From: a virus
Length of the DNA stretch: 64,000 nucleotides
IMG/VR virus record: IMGVR_UViG_3300000115_000005
Direction: 5' to 3' (one strand)
Under the pieces are notes generated by a model. The model had not been told where the DNA came from. It was given only the letters and a program-made list of their open reading frames with translations, and did not search any database. Shown here piece by piece: positions 31,525-40,862 of this stretch; positions within the stretch are counted from its first letter, which is position 1; every line of letters starts with the position of its first letter. The translations under genes were made by a program, and so were the position numbers.

Positions 31525-31767
31525 TTAAGCCGCCTCTTCGGTTCTACCACCCCATTTTTCTTTATATTTTTTAAAACCTGCTTCAAGCCATTCTCCTTTT
31601 GTTAATCCTTGAGATTCCCATGGACAATGTTTTCGTTTATAAGCCTCTCTGTTCTTTGCAATACTTCGATCACTCCATCTTTCATCTATCACACCATTAT
31701 TGTCGGGTTTAATAGCTTTATTAGATGTTGATTTTTTAGGTTTTCTTTGCATTGAACTTTTTGACAT
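31525..31767 (-). CDS. basic hypothetical protein
   Basis: ORF with AGGAG RBS. Confidence 0.55.
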   Translation of the reverse strand: MSKSSMQRKPKKSTSNKAIKPDNNGVIDERWSDRSIAKNREAYKRKHCPWESQGLTKGEWLEAGFKKYKEKWGGRTEEAA

Positions 31768-31820
31768 ATACTCTCCTTTTAGTTTTTGCTAAAATTAACA
31801 TAATCTAAATGGAACTCAAA

Positions 31821-32129
31821 TTAGTTATTACGCCACTTACCTAAATGACGTTCTATAATTTGTCCTGTTCTAGCCTCCTTAACAGATTTTCTGCCATATC
31901 TTTGGCCTACTGTACTTTCTGGGTGAGCTTCTGCTACTTTAGATAAAACTTCCTTAAATCCATCAGGAACTTTAGAGTGCATATTACCAGTCATTGACGT
32001 AATTGCAAATGGTGTGGGTACTTGATGAATGTGGGGATTTTTTTCGAGTAGGGTTTCTCGGCGAGAATTAGATATAAAATCTTCAAAAAATTCGCCGGTA
32101 TCTTCATTGTGAAATAGGTATGTTGGCAT
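31821..32129 (-). CDS. FmdB-like conserved T4-type protein (zinc ligands absent)
   Basis: MPTY.F.N..TGE..E...NPHI..GFKEVLSKV..HP. Confidence 0.65.
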   Translation of the reverse strand: MPTYLFHNEDTGEFFEDFISNSRRETLLEKNPHIHQVPTPFAITSMTGNMHSKVPDGFKEVLSKVAEAHPESTVGQRYGRKSVKEARTGQIIERHLGKWRNN

Positions 32130-32679
32130 TATATTTATTTAGTCCTTCAGTATACCAAGATGGTATTTCTCTTTTAGTCCACTTGGCGAAATAATTTTTC
32201 TTCTCTATGTAATACTTATGATACGATCCTAGAGAATCACCGGTAATTTTACACTCTTCTGGCATCGCTGGTGTAGGCGGTGTAAATTTACCCTTTGGTA
32301 TATTCTTTGGTGCCTCTACTAAATCCATCAACAATCTCATGCAAGAATGTATCTTACCATATCTATATGTATATTCTCTATTTAAGTGATACCACATTTT
32401 CCAGAGCCACATATAATTTTCTCTTGATTTTCTTAACCAAATATTTGATGGGTGATTTTCATGAACAGCCAACATAAGTTTCTGGTCTCTTTCATCAAGT
32501 AATTTAAACCTTCTTAATTTACGACCATTTTTAGACTTATCAAAAAACAACTCACCATCTAATACTCGGTGAGTTGTTGATAAGAGTTGAGCATATTCTA
32601 TAATCATCTTTACAACGTGCTTATCACAATGTAATCTAGCACACTCTTGAGGATCTTTGTGTAAATAAAATATGTTCAT
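32104..32679 (-). CDS. pyrimidine-dimer DNA glycosylase (DenV)-like protein
   Basis: MNIFYL..HCDKHVVKMI.E.AQLLST.H; HENHPS..W; likely start at MNIF. Confidence 0.75.
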   Translation of the reverse strand: MNIFYLHKDPQECARLHCDKHVVKMIIEYAQLLSTTHRVLDGELFFDKSKNGRKLRRFKLLDERDQKLMLAVHENHPSNIWLRKSRENYMWLWKMWYHLNREYTYRYGKIHSCMRLLMDLVEAPKNIPKGKFTPPTPAMPEECKITGDSLGSYHKYYIEKKNYFAKWTKREIPSWYTEGLNKYNANIPISQ

Positions 32680-32680
32680 T

Positions 32681-33274
32681 TTATGTAACATCTCCATTAT
32701 TGATCTTTTCAATAGAATTTTCTAACTCTTTAAACTTTTCGGTACTTTCAAGCTTAGCCTTGAGTTTCTTATTGCGGTTGATTTGCTGAAGTATGAGTTT
32801 ATTCGATAAAGAAGAATTATACTTGAGCTTTACAAAAGCACGATAACCAGCTTTCTCATGTACCACTTTAAAGCCAGTTCTTTGTACACCAACAAGATTA
32901 ACTCTTGATATAACCAACTTAGTAGTTCTGTTTATATCATTGGCGGTTGAAATGTCAACATCACCTAACTCTGATGTAAAATCTTTCATCATTGCTTCTA
33001 CATGGGAAGAAAAGTTTGATGCCAGTTCTCGTTTAGCTGATAACATCGCTTTATCTACTGAAAACTGAAAATCATTTGAAAACTCAGTAGCTACTGCATG
33101 GAGATTATCTTCATCTGCTTCGAGTTTGTCGTACCAATCTGGATAGTTTACTTGATCGCCTTGATCACCACCGCCAAACTCTGGCGCTTTGAATTCTAGA
33201 CCTGTATCATACTTTATACTACTACAAGCAGATAGAGCTAGTATTAGGGGTAAAATTATTAATGCTTTATTCAT
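32681..33274 (-). CDS. lipoprotein (LPP20-like)
   Basis: LSAC lipobox; PDWY..A..A...AKRELA. Confidence 0.7.
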   Translation of the reverse strand: MNKALIILPLILALSACSSIKYDTGLEFKAPEFGGGDQGDQVNYPDWYDKLEADEDNLHAVATEFSNDFQFSVDKAMLSAKRELASNFSSHVEAMMKDFTSELGDVDISTANDINRTTKLVISRVNLVGVQRTGFKVVHEKAGYRAFVKLKYNSSLSNKLILQQINRNKKLKAKLESTEKFKELENSIEKINNGDVT

Positions 33275-33432
33275 CTTATATCCTTTCCAAAAAGGGTTAC
33301 ATCTTCCTTACCAATTTCTTTTATATATTTACCAGCTGCATTTAAATCATCGCCAGCACCATCTACTGCACCACCTATTGTGCCACAACCAATTAAGGAT
33401 AGTGAACACAAGATCATCATAATATACTTCAT
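33271..33432 (-). CDS. entericidin (EcnA/B)-like small lipoprotein
   Basis: Not in ORF track. MKYIMMILCSLSLIGCGTIGGAVDGAGDDLNAAGKYIKEIGKEDVTLFGKDIR; GAGG RBS, ATGA overlap with next gene. Confidence 0.7.
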   Translation of the reverse strand: MKYIMMILCSLSLIGCGTIGGAVDGAGDDLNAAGKYIKEIGKEDVTLFGKDIR

Positions 33433-33434
33433 AA

Positions 33435-34196
33435 TTACCTCACAATTTCAGTTGAATGATAAACAACACGCCTTTGTAATACAGGTATATTTTCTACAAA
33501 TTTCTGTATCTCATTATGAGTATATGCCTGTTTTACTGGAATGTCAACCTCTAAAAACAAAAACATCAATCTTTCTTTAGACAAATCTTTACCTTCAGGT
33601 AATTTTGCGATTATTTTTTTACCATTGTTAGGTATTTTGAATTGACTACCTACTTTGTTTACAGTAGTTTCATAAAACTTTGTATAAACGGTGTCAGATT
33701 GATGAAAAACAATAACCTTACCTTTTTTATTTGCAACACCTACAAATTGTATATCTTCATTATTTTTAAATTGAAAAGAATCATTTTGTATATAAAAGAC
33801 TGTTTGATTTCTTACCTCATCAACTTCAGCTTGAATCGTTACAATACAAGATGATTTACCTTGCTCAATAATTCTTTCAATTTTTCTAGAAATAATCTTT
33901 CGTATAGCACCAGTTAGAGTGTTAGCAAAATCTCTGGTCGTATCACAATTTTCATTGTTACAACTTTGTACTTCCATCAGTTCAACAATCTCACCAACTT
34001 TCCCTAAAATGGCAGCTTCTTTAGCTCTTTCTTCGGCTAATGAACAAGCCAAATTTTCTGAAGTTTCAGGACCAAAATAATAAATGCCTTGAGCTTCAAT
34101 AGAATTTTTTGATTTAGCCATTGGCCATTCTGAATATTCAGAGGCAAGAGCACCTGTAGCTATTGTCATAGCCAGAGCAATAGAAGCTAGTTTCAT
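33435..34196 (-). CDS. secreted/periplasmic protein
   Basis: Signal peptide MKLASIALAMTIATGALA; several Cys. Confidence 0.65.
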   Translation of the reverse strand: MKLASIALAMTIATGALASEYSEWPMAKSKNSIEAQGIYYFGPETSENLACSLAEERAKEAAILGKVGEIVELMEVQSCNNENCDTTRDFANTLTGAIRKIISRKIERIIEQGKSSCIVTIQAEVDEVRNQTVFYIQNDSFQFKNNEDIQFVGVANKKGKVIVFHQSDTVYTKFYETTVNKVGSQFKIPNNGKKIIAKLPEGKDLSKERLMFLFLEVDIPVKQAYTHNEIQKFVENIPVLQRRVVYHSTEIVR

Positions 34197-34648
34197 TATA
34201 TAACCCTCTCTTCTACTGTTTCTACTGTTTCATCAGTTTTCAAAGCATCAGTTAATTGAGCATTCAAATCAGTTAATTTTTCAATCTTTGGACTTTTAGT
34301 CTTAGGTCGAAACTTTTTGTTTGTGGTTACTGGTACGTCAATGAAAGTTTGACTAGCATCCATAATACCCATTACTTTGAGTCTGTCCGCAACCTCATTC
34401 ACATTACATAATTCATAAGCAATAACTTTTCGCTTTGTTTCTGGTGTGTCACCACGAATACTTCTTACAACACCATTCACATTCACTTTAATATGCCAAA
34501 TGTATGTTGATAATCTGTACATATGAATTTGATCAGACATAGTAGCTACTATTTCGTCTACTGTAACTCTGGATCTACCTTTTTCGTTTTTGTTATTAAA
34601 AAACAAAATAAGTAGTTTTTGATACGGTTTGTATTTAACTTTCGCCAT
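34196..34648 (-). CDS. hypothetical basic protein, possibly DNA-binding
   Basis: First gene after promoter; GAGG RBS. Confidence 0.6.
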   Translation of the reverse strand: MAKVKYKPYQKLLILFFNNKNEKGRSRVTVDEIVATMSDQIHMYRLSTYIWHIKVNVNGVVRSIRGDTPETKRKVIAYELCNVNEVADRLKVMGIMDASQTFIDVPVTTNKKFRPKTKSPKIEKLTDLNAQLTDALKTDETVETVEERVI

Positions 34649-34681
34649 TTAAATCACCTCATAGTTATAATGTATTCTTCT

Positions 34682-34710
34682 ATAATGCAGGTATACTGCC
34701 CAATTGTCAA
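34682..34710 (-). promoter_or_regulatory. early-type promoter of the GGCA-spacer family
   Basis: GCTTGACAATTGGGCAG..., weak -10. Confidence 0.6.
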
Positions 34711-34713
34711 GCA

Positions 34714-35010
34714 TTATCTTCTCATATTTGCCTGATCTTTTGCTTCTTCATCCGTAAAAATAGGCACAGCGTTGCTTTTATGCAACGTACCAATGCCTTT
34801 CATATTACTACCAGTATAAACTTGATTGTCTTTTTTAACAGCCACACCTGCACCAGAATTGAGAGATGGATGTCTGTAAGTCTGCCTAGGAGGGCAGATT
34901 GATGTATCAATAGGAGATTTACGAGCTATTAATTTGACTTTTTTAGTCTTGTTTTTTAATAACATCTTTCTAGTCTTTTTAGACCATCTTTGACCTGTGT
35001 GAAACATCAT
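34714..35010 (-). CDS. conserved phage protein (YTG..KGIGTLHKSNAVP family)
   Basis: Motif recognised; start placed at ATG with GAGGA RBS rather than 35061. Confidence 0.7.
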   Translation of the reverse strand: MMFHTGQRWSKKTRKMLLKNKTKKVKLIARKSPIDTSICPPRQTYRHPSLNSGAGVAVKKDNQVYTGSNMKGIGTLHKSNAVPIFTDEEAKDQANMRR

Positions 35011-35034
35011 AATATATTTAATCCTCAATAAAAA

Positions 35035-35290
35035 ATAAAATGTTTGTTGGAGGCTCACCAAGACTAAGAATCGTCATTCAACTTGTATTACTACTCCAAC
35101 AAACAAAAAAAAGTTTCGTAGTTAGGTATTGTCTTGGCCTCTTAAGAAGGAGATTTTTCGTCCTCCGCCGACAACTTTTTATCTCAAACAGTTGTTACTA
35201 CTATGTTTCTACCTAACTACCATTTCGATTTATCTGACTTGATATGCTTGATTTAAGACTTACAATCTTTTAGAACTATCTCAACTGTTA
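35035..35290 (-). ncRNA. candidate structured non-coding RNA / leader
   Basis: Downstream of strong promoter; 11-bp (35118-28/35210-20) and 12-bp (35041-52/35094-105) perfect inverted repeats, each followed by a U-tract. Confidence 0.55.
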
Positions 35291-35295
35291 AAACC

Positions 35296-35324
35296 ATTTT
35301 ATAGGCATATTGATGAAATGTCAA
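35296..35324 (-). promoter_or_regulatory. sigma70-type promoter
   Basis: TTGACA-17-TAAAAT. Confidence 0.8.
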
Positions 35325-35353
35325 CAGCTAATTTATGTTGTATTTTTGCAACA

Positions 35354-35533
35354 TTACCCTTGCAATAAACCTCTATGGTCAGTCTGTTCAAAAATTTGTC
35401 TACCTTTATCATCAAATTTTAATTTTAATAAATCCGATATTTCATTTTGTAACTCACTTACACCAGCTCTTGATGTAGAGATTTGACTATAAAGTTCATT
35501 TATTCTTTGATCGACCTCGGCTTTAGTTTTCAT
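35354..35533 (-). CDS. hypothetical 59-aa coiled-coil protein
   Basis: Hand translation MKTKAEVDQRINELYSQ...LLQG; AGGAGG upstream. Confidence 0.6.
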   Translation of the reverse strand: MKTKAEVDQRINELYSQISTSRAGVSELQNEISDLLKLKFDDKGRQIFEQTDHRGLLQG

Positions 35534-35663
35534 ACCTTACTTCCTCCTTAAAATTTTTGTATGTTGATTTATCATGATGTTTCATTTTCTCATGTTTTAC
35601 AACTTCAGATTTTTGTGTAAGTTTTGTTCTTTTGGTTTTTAATATTTTTTGTTGACTAATCAT
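35523..35663 (-). CDS. hypothetical 46-aa basic protein
   Basis: ATGA overlap with clpP stop; fills gap. Confidence 0.45.
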   Translation of the reverse strand: MISQQKILKTKRTKLTQKSEVVKHEKMKHHDKSTYKNFKEEVRYEN

Positions 35664-36220
35664 TTGTGCCTTCCTAAAATGTGATCTATAACTTTATTCT
35701 CAAATGCTTGTTGAGGTGACATATAAAAGTCACTAGGTAATAAAAATTTTTTATTAATTAATGTTTTATCCACACCAGCATTTTCTAGTATATTATATGT
35801 TCGATCTTTAATACTTTCGTTTTCTTTCACCCAAGATTTTATGTCATGATATTTTGCATTGATTTCATTTGAAAATTCATGACACATTAAAGTTGTTAAA
35901 GGACAAGAGTATCTATGGCCTTTGGTACCTGATATAAGAATATAAAAAGCAGCTGAACAAGCTGAACTAACTGCTATGGTCTTTACGTTATGTGGTGATG
36001 TATACATCATATCAATAATACCAAAAGCGTCAATCAAACTACCACCATCTGAGCTAATGTATATCGACAATTCTTTTTTTATTTTTTTATCTGTATTGTG
36101 GTAAATTAACCAGCGTATTAATTCATTTGCTGAATCTGAAGTTATTTCTCCGTTTAGAAAATATATATTTCTTTCTAATAACGTCTTTTCAATGTCATCA
36201 TTATCTTTATCTTTTGACAT
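35660..36220 (-). CDS. clpP: ClpP-like protease subunit
   Basis: RNIYFLNGEI, IYISSDGG, ACSAA (Ser), LMCH (His), DFYMSPQQA..VIDHI. Confidence 0.85.
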   Translation of the reverse strand: MSKDKDNDDIEKTLLERNIYFLNGEITSDSANELIRWLIYHNTDKKIKKELSIYISSDGGSLIDAFGIIDMMYTSPHNVKTIAVSSACSAAFYILISGTKGHRYSCPLTTLMCHEFSNEINAKYHDIKSWVKENESIKDRTYNILENAGVDKTLINKKFLLPSDFYMSPQQAFENKVIDHILGRHK

Positions 36221-37145
36221 TCTTTTTGTGCCAATCGTATGCTGTTCGTATTATCTCAACAATATCATAATTTGGTCGAAAATTTAAAATATCACTAGCC
36301 TTTGAAATATCTGCGACTAAGTTAGATGGGTCACCTTTTCTTTTTTTACCTATTTCGTATCTTATATCTAACCTGCAATAATCTCTAATTAGTGCTATAA
36401 TTTCTTTTATAGAATACCCAGCACCAAACCCTAAATTAAAAGTGTCAGACTTACCACCTTTATTAAGGTAATCTCTAGCACTTAGATGTGCTTTTGCTAT
36501 ATCAGTTACATGAACATAGTCACGAACACAGGTGCCATCAGATGTATTATAGGTATCTCCGTTTATCACAAAGTTATTTATTTTATTAAAAATTACTGGT
36601 ATTAGATGAGTTTCTGGTTCATGACATTCACCCATTTCACCATCTGGATCTGCACCAGCAAGATTGAAAAAACGAAATATTACATGATTCAGCCCAGAAT
36701 CACGAATAAGACTTTCAGCAGCTATTTTGGTATTTGCATATGGATTATTAAACGCTATATCGTCAGTTTCTTTTAGAGGTCTATCTTTTGCCTTATAGAC
36801 ACCAGCACTTGATGAATAAACTATATTTTTTACACCAAATACCTTCATAAACTTAATTAACTGTATAGTACCATTAACATTATCTTCCCAAAATTGTATA
36901 AGTTGGTCATACGATTCACTAATTTCTATTCGACCAGCTAAATGAAAAACCGTATCAACACCAGATCGTAGAATCGGTACTAATTCTCTTGGTTCTTTAC
37001 TAAGGTCTTGAATAACTTTTCTGTGATAGTATTTACAGTCAGTATTTTCCTTATCTAAACATATAACAAAATGACCAGCTTGATTTAATTCTTTTGCTAT
37101 GTGTTTACCAAGATAACCTGCACCACCTGTAACTAAAACTCTCAT
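36207..37145 (-). CDS. galE: UDP-glucose 4-epimerase
   Basis: TGGAGYLG, YxxxK (YANTK), GECHEPETHLIP, DGTCVRDYVHV. Confidence 0.9.
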   Translation of the reverse strand: MRVLVTGGAGYLGKHIAKELNQAGHFVICLDKENTDCKYYHRKVIQDLSKEPRELVPILRSGVDTVFHLAGRIEISESYDQLIQFWEDNVNGTIQLIKFMKVFGVKNIVYSSSAGVYKAKDRPLKETDDIAFNNPYANTKIAAESLIRDSGLNHVIFRFFNLAGADPDGEMGECHEPETHLIPVIFNKINNFVINGDTYNTSDGTCVRDYVHVTDIAKAHLSARDYLNKGGKSDTFNLGFGAGYSIKEIIALIRDYCRLDIRYEIGKKRKGDPSNLVADISKASDILNFRPNYDIVEIIRTAYDWHKKNVKR

Positions 37146-37645
37146 GAGTCCCTAAGTGAAGTAATTGGTTTTTTAACTGGCCACCAAATGTTGTGAGCTT
37201 CTTCATCATTCCAACGAATTGTAAATTGATTATTATAATTATGATAAGAGTCTAATTTATAACTAAACACAGCATGGTCAGACATAACAACATGACCATT
37301 ACCAAATTTAGGTGGTATTAGAACCTGTTTTTTATTTGCATCTGATAATGTGAAAGATGCCCATTGTTTATACTGAGGTGACTCTGGATCATTATTTAAA
37401 ACAACAAGGTAAATAGAACCATATAAACATGAAACAAGTTTAGTTGTACAATCATCACCGTGTATACCACGCAAAACGTGTTTTCTTGATGAACTTATAC
37501 TATCAACAACCCAATCTCTTACTACTATGGTTTCTTCATACACCTTTTTATTAAAAGACTCTATATTGTGTCCTCTAAAATCTTCAAATATAGCTGGTGG
37601 TGTAAGTACAAAAACATTATTTAATTCTGTGAAATCAACTTGCAT
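37142..37645 (-). CDS. rmlC: dTDP-4-dehydrorhamnose 3,5-epimerase
   Basis: FEDFRG, VLRGIHG, KLVSC..G, IPPKFGNGH, IRWND. Confidence 0.88.
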   Translation of the reverse strand: MQVDFTELNNVFVLTPPAIFEDFRGHNIESFNKKVYEETIVVRDWVVDSISSSRKHVLRGIHGDDCTTKLVSCLYGSIYLVVLNNDPESPQYKQWASFTLSDANKKQVLIPPKFGNGHVVMSDHAVFSYKLDSYHNYNNQFTIRWNDEEAHNIWWPVKKPITSLRDS

Positions 37646-37654
37646 AATATATTA

Positions 37655-38449
37655 TCACTTTATAATTGATATTTGTGGTCCAATGTGAGCTATTGTATCA
37701 ACTTCTTTTGTCCAAGGATATTTACCATTATATCTTTTTTTGTTTTGAGAGTTACCTTTATCAAAGAAATCTTTACCAACCGAATTGGGATTAGACTCAC
37801 CTTTACCTGTATTATTATCTAAGCGATAGCATAAGGTATGTTTATTCGTACAGGTATAATTTGGATATTGTAACTTCAAGTTGTGGAAAAATTGTCTATC
37901 AGCACCCCATTGCCCGTACCAAGAGTGTCCAATGCTAGTAGCAATATCACGCTTAACAATAAAAGATGAGGTGTCAATGTGATATACTTGATCATCAAAA
38001 TATACAGGCCATTTACCAAGGGATTCGCAATTATCTTCACATACAAACTTTTCATTCTGATCATAAATTTTTCGTAATGAGTACGCCCAATCTGCTCCAT
38101 CTTTTATTTTCTCCACTAATCGTTTTACATGATCTGGTTCAAACCAGTTATCTTCATCAAGATAACATATTAAATCAGCATTTACAAGAAAAGAACAGGC
38201 AGAATACGCTCTATGCCCATACCAACCTTTTCCAACATTATCTTGTAGTGATATTGTTTTAACTGGTATTTTAATTTCTTTTTTTAATCTTTCTCTATTT
38301 CCTATAGCCCATTCACAGGCGGATTTATGTTCTTCACCATCTATAAAAACATAATGAACTATGTCAAGATACTCTTGATTTTGTATTGATTCTAAACACG
38401 TTGTCAAACAATCTTGACCTATCGTTGGTGTAACTACGGCTACTTTCAT
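37655..38449 (-). CDS. glycosyltransferase family 2
   Basis: VAVVTPT, YLDEDNW (DxD). Confidence 0.85.
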   Translation of the reverse strand: MKVAVVTPTIGQDCLTTCLESIQNQEYLDIVHYVFIDGEEHKSACEWAIGNRERLKKEIKIPVKTISLQDNVGKGWYGHRAYSACSFLVNADLICYLDEDNWFEPDHVKRLVEKIKDGADWAYSLRKIYDQNEKFVCEDNCESLGKWPVYFDDQVYHIDTSSFIVKRDIATSIGHSWYGQWGADRQFFHNLKLQYPNYTCTNKHTLCYRLDNNTGKGESNPNSVGKDFFDKGNSQNKKRYNGKYPWTKEVDTIAHIGPQISIIK

Positions 38450-38763
38450 AAATATTTTTTTCCTTTATCATCAATATAAATGATTTCATCACTTGGATAC
38501 CAACCTCTAACTTTGATTAGCAAATCCGTGACTGAATCATCATCATCATTAAAAAAATTAACCCCATTTACACTATCTATTTCTCTTACCACCTGAGCTC
38601 TATCATCCCACGGTATATGTGAGTGCTTTGAGTTTCTTTTCAACCAATTATCAGAATATATACCAACTATCAAATATTTACCATGTTTAGCAGATTCATC
38701 AAAAAAAGTAATATCAGCTGATGTGAGTGGATTAAATGCACCTGCAACAACAACTATCTTCAT
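38446..38763 (-). CDS. cytidylyltransferase-like protein (degenerate HxGH)
   Basis: VAGAFNPL..LIVGIYSDNWLKR..R..V fold pattern. Confidence 0.7.
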   Translation of the reverse strand: MKIVVVAGAFNPLTSADITFFDESAKHGKYLIVGIYSDNWLKRNSKHSHIPWDDRAQVVREIDSVNGVNFFNDDDDSVTDLLIKVRGWYPSDEIIYIDDKGKKYL

Positions 38764-39194
38764 ATAAGAATTTCCGGAAAGGCCTCTTGTACAAGTTTTT
38801 TGGTGAGATGTTTTACTTTTAAATCTTTATCAAATAAATGCACAAGGATTCTAGCTTCATCAGCGTGTAAAGATTCAAGAACAACTACTAAAAGTCTCCT
38901 TTGTTTCTCTTCAGTAAGTCCTGGAGCTCTTGATGGGTGGTTCTTTATAAATCTATAAAGTTTTGGTACCTCTAGATTTAAATAACTAAAATTTAAACCA
39001 GCTGGTTCTACTGCCGGTCTATAAGTTGATGGAAAGGACTCTTTATCGAATTCAATGTTAGGATTAAAAGCATATTCTAAAAAGTTAATAAATATTCTAT
39101 CACCAAATTTTCTAAGTAATCCTATTCTTTCTTTTTTAGTTTCACATTTATCAAAATCTTCAAATATCTCGGAATATAATTTTTCAGAACTCAT
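38760..39194 (-). CDS. conserved T4-like hypothetical protein
   Basis: LESLHADEA..L..DK.L...V.EAFP motif, usual neighbour of rnh. Confidence 0.7.
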   Translation of the reverse strand: MSSEKLYSEIFEDFDKCETKKERIGLLRKFGDRIFINFLEYAFNPNIEFDKESFPSTYRPAVEPAGLNFSYLNLEVPKLYRFIKNHPSRAPGLTEEKQRRLLVVVLESLHADEARILVHLFDKDLKVKHLTKKLVQEAFPEILI

Positions 39195-39215
39195 TTAAAC
39201 CTCTCATATTATACT

Positions 39216-40064
39216 TTAAAATTCATCAATAACTTCCAATAAATTTTTAAGTCTTTTCTTTATCATATAATTCATAAAGTGTTGTTTTGTTTTAACTTGA
39301 AATGTATCATAACTATGTAGTATCTTTTCCTTAAGCTCTTCAGGAACTTTTGATAAATCTATTAAAGTTTCATTTCTTGTATAATTACGATACATATCTT
39401 CATTGCAAAAATCTTTAGGATTTTCATTCAACCAATTAATAATCTTTTTATTTGTAATTGGCTTTTGGCGACCACCTGTAACAAATACATCATCAGCTGA
39501 AAGTATATTTGGTATACCATCAGTTTTATCACCACGAATAATCAACTGTTTTAATTGTAACTTAGGTAACTCTTCTTTAATATGTTTTTTTAATATTGGT
39601 GAAAACTGATCGACATTTTTAAATTTCTGTAATTGAGCAAAGTCTTTATCACTTGATAAAATCATGACCTTTTCATTAGATGAATATTTTGTAGCAAGTG
39701 TAGCTATAATATCATCTGCTTCACAGGTATCAATCTCAATTACTTTATATGGTGCATTTTCTTTCAGTTCATCACGAATTTTATTTAAACATTCAAATAT
39801 CATATTCCAATCATGGCCTGATGCTTCTCGAACTTTTTTTCTTGATGCCTTATAATTAGGAAATATTTGTTTACGCCAATAATTTCTATTATCGCAGGCA
39901 ATTATTATTTCAGGTCCATATGTTTTTTTAAATTTTTTCACATAAGTTCTAATTGTATTAAGTATCATGTGTCGGACAAGACCCTCTTCAACTTCTGTTT
40001 TAGAGTATCCTATTTGTTCCATCAAATTAGAGATGGCAACTTGGTTATAGTCGAATATTATCAT
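39216..40064 (-). CDS. rnh: T4-type RNase H (5'-3' exonuclease)
   Basis: YWRK..FPNYKASR, EADDIIA, SSDKDFAQL, GDKTDGIPN. Confidence 0.95.
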   Translation of the reverse strand: MIIFDYNQVAISNLMEQIGYSKTEVEEGLVRHMILNTIRTYVKKFKKTYGPEIIIACDNRNYWRKQIFPNYKASRKKVREASGHDWNMIFECLNKIRDELKENAPYKVIEIDTCEADDIIATLATKYSSNEKVMILSSDKDFAQLQKFKNVDQFSPILKKHIKEELPKLQLKQLIIRGDKTDGIPNILSADDVFVTGGRQKPITNKKIINWLNENPKDFCNEDMYRNYTRNETLIDLSKVPEELKEKILHSYDTFQVKTKQHFMNYMIKKRLKNLLEVIDEF

Positions 40065-40066
40065 TC

Positions 40067-40756
40067 TTATACCTTAACATTGGTTTTCTTAATTGTCAAG
40101 CTTTTTATCTTTGAACAATCTTCTATTACCGAATTATAATAGTCGACCATTTTTTTTAACTTTGATTTAGGCAAACCATATGCCTCTGTTAGTATTTCAT
40201 CTTTACCTAATAAAGCTTCTTCCCATTCTTCTTTTTCATTTTCAGCCCATTTCTTAATAAATCTAGTGTGCATGGATTTCATACCAAATTTTTTAAGAAT
40301 CTCTAAAGCAGATGGTTTTACTTGAAAATCAGAGTCCATTACTTCATCTACTTGGCCTTCTAACTCACCAATGCAATCATCAGCTTTCATTCTTAGTCGA
40401 TCTTGAATTGTTATTTTAGGCTTCTCTGGTTCTAGAATGGGATTGTCTTTTATTTTCTGTAAAAGTTCGTTTACATTACTATCATAATACTTCTGCCAAG
40501 AATCTGGTAGTTCTTTTTTATCTTCAAGCATACAACAAATATAGCCAAATCTTGGTGGCATAGTTTTTGCCTGTTCCGAGGCATTAACCTTATATTTTTT
40601 TTTCATATGTCCTTTGATACGATTAAAGGCAAATTTAGACGATTTTTCGGTGCTGTACCAACTCAAAAGTTGGTCCGCTTTTTTATCATCTAATTTACTT
40701 TGGCTTCTAGGTTTAACGATAGATCGTTTAATTTTTTTCATTTTTAGTGTACTCAT
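40067..40756 (-). CDS. conserved hypothetical protein
   Basis: Long ORF, TIQDRL and L.EAY motifs. Confidence 0.65.
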   Translation of the reverse strand: MSTLKMKKIKRSIVKPRSQSKLDDKKADQLLSWYSTEKSSKFAFNRIKGHMKKKYKVNASEQAKTMPPRFGYICCMLEDKKELPDSWQKYYDSNVNELLQKIKDNPILEPEKPKITIQDRLRMKADDCIGELEGQVDEVMDSDFQVKPSALEILKKFGMKSMHTRFIKKWAENEKEEWEEALLGKDEILTEAYGLPKSKLKKMVDYYNSVIEDCSKIKSLTIKKTNVKV

Positions 40757-40781
40757 ATCAGGTATATAGAAAAAATATTAA

Positions 40782-40789
40782 CATAAATA
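40782..40789 (+). promoter_or_regulatory. T4-type late promoter (CATAAATA) for + strand accessory operon
   Basis: At strand switch upstream of 40863. Confidence 0.6.
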
Positions 40790-40862
40790 ACAGCGTTGGT
40801 TGGGCAGAAGTGTTTGTCATGGGTTCATAATATATGACCTAAATTATTTTTGAGAGGCAAAC

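Noticed and set aside
35011-35061. N-terminal extension of ORF 34714..35061
   Set aside because: Overlaps the RNA stem and U-tract; ATG at 35010 has the RBS
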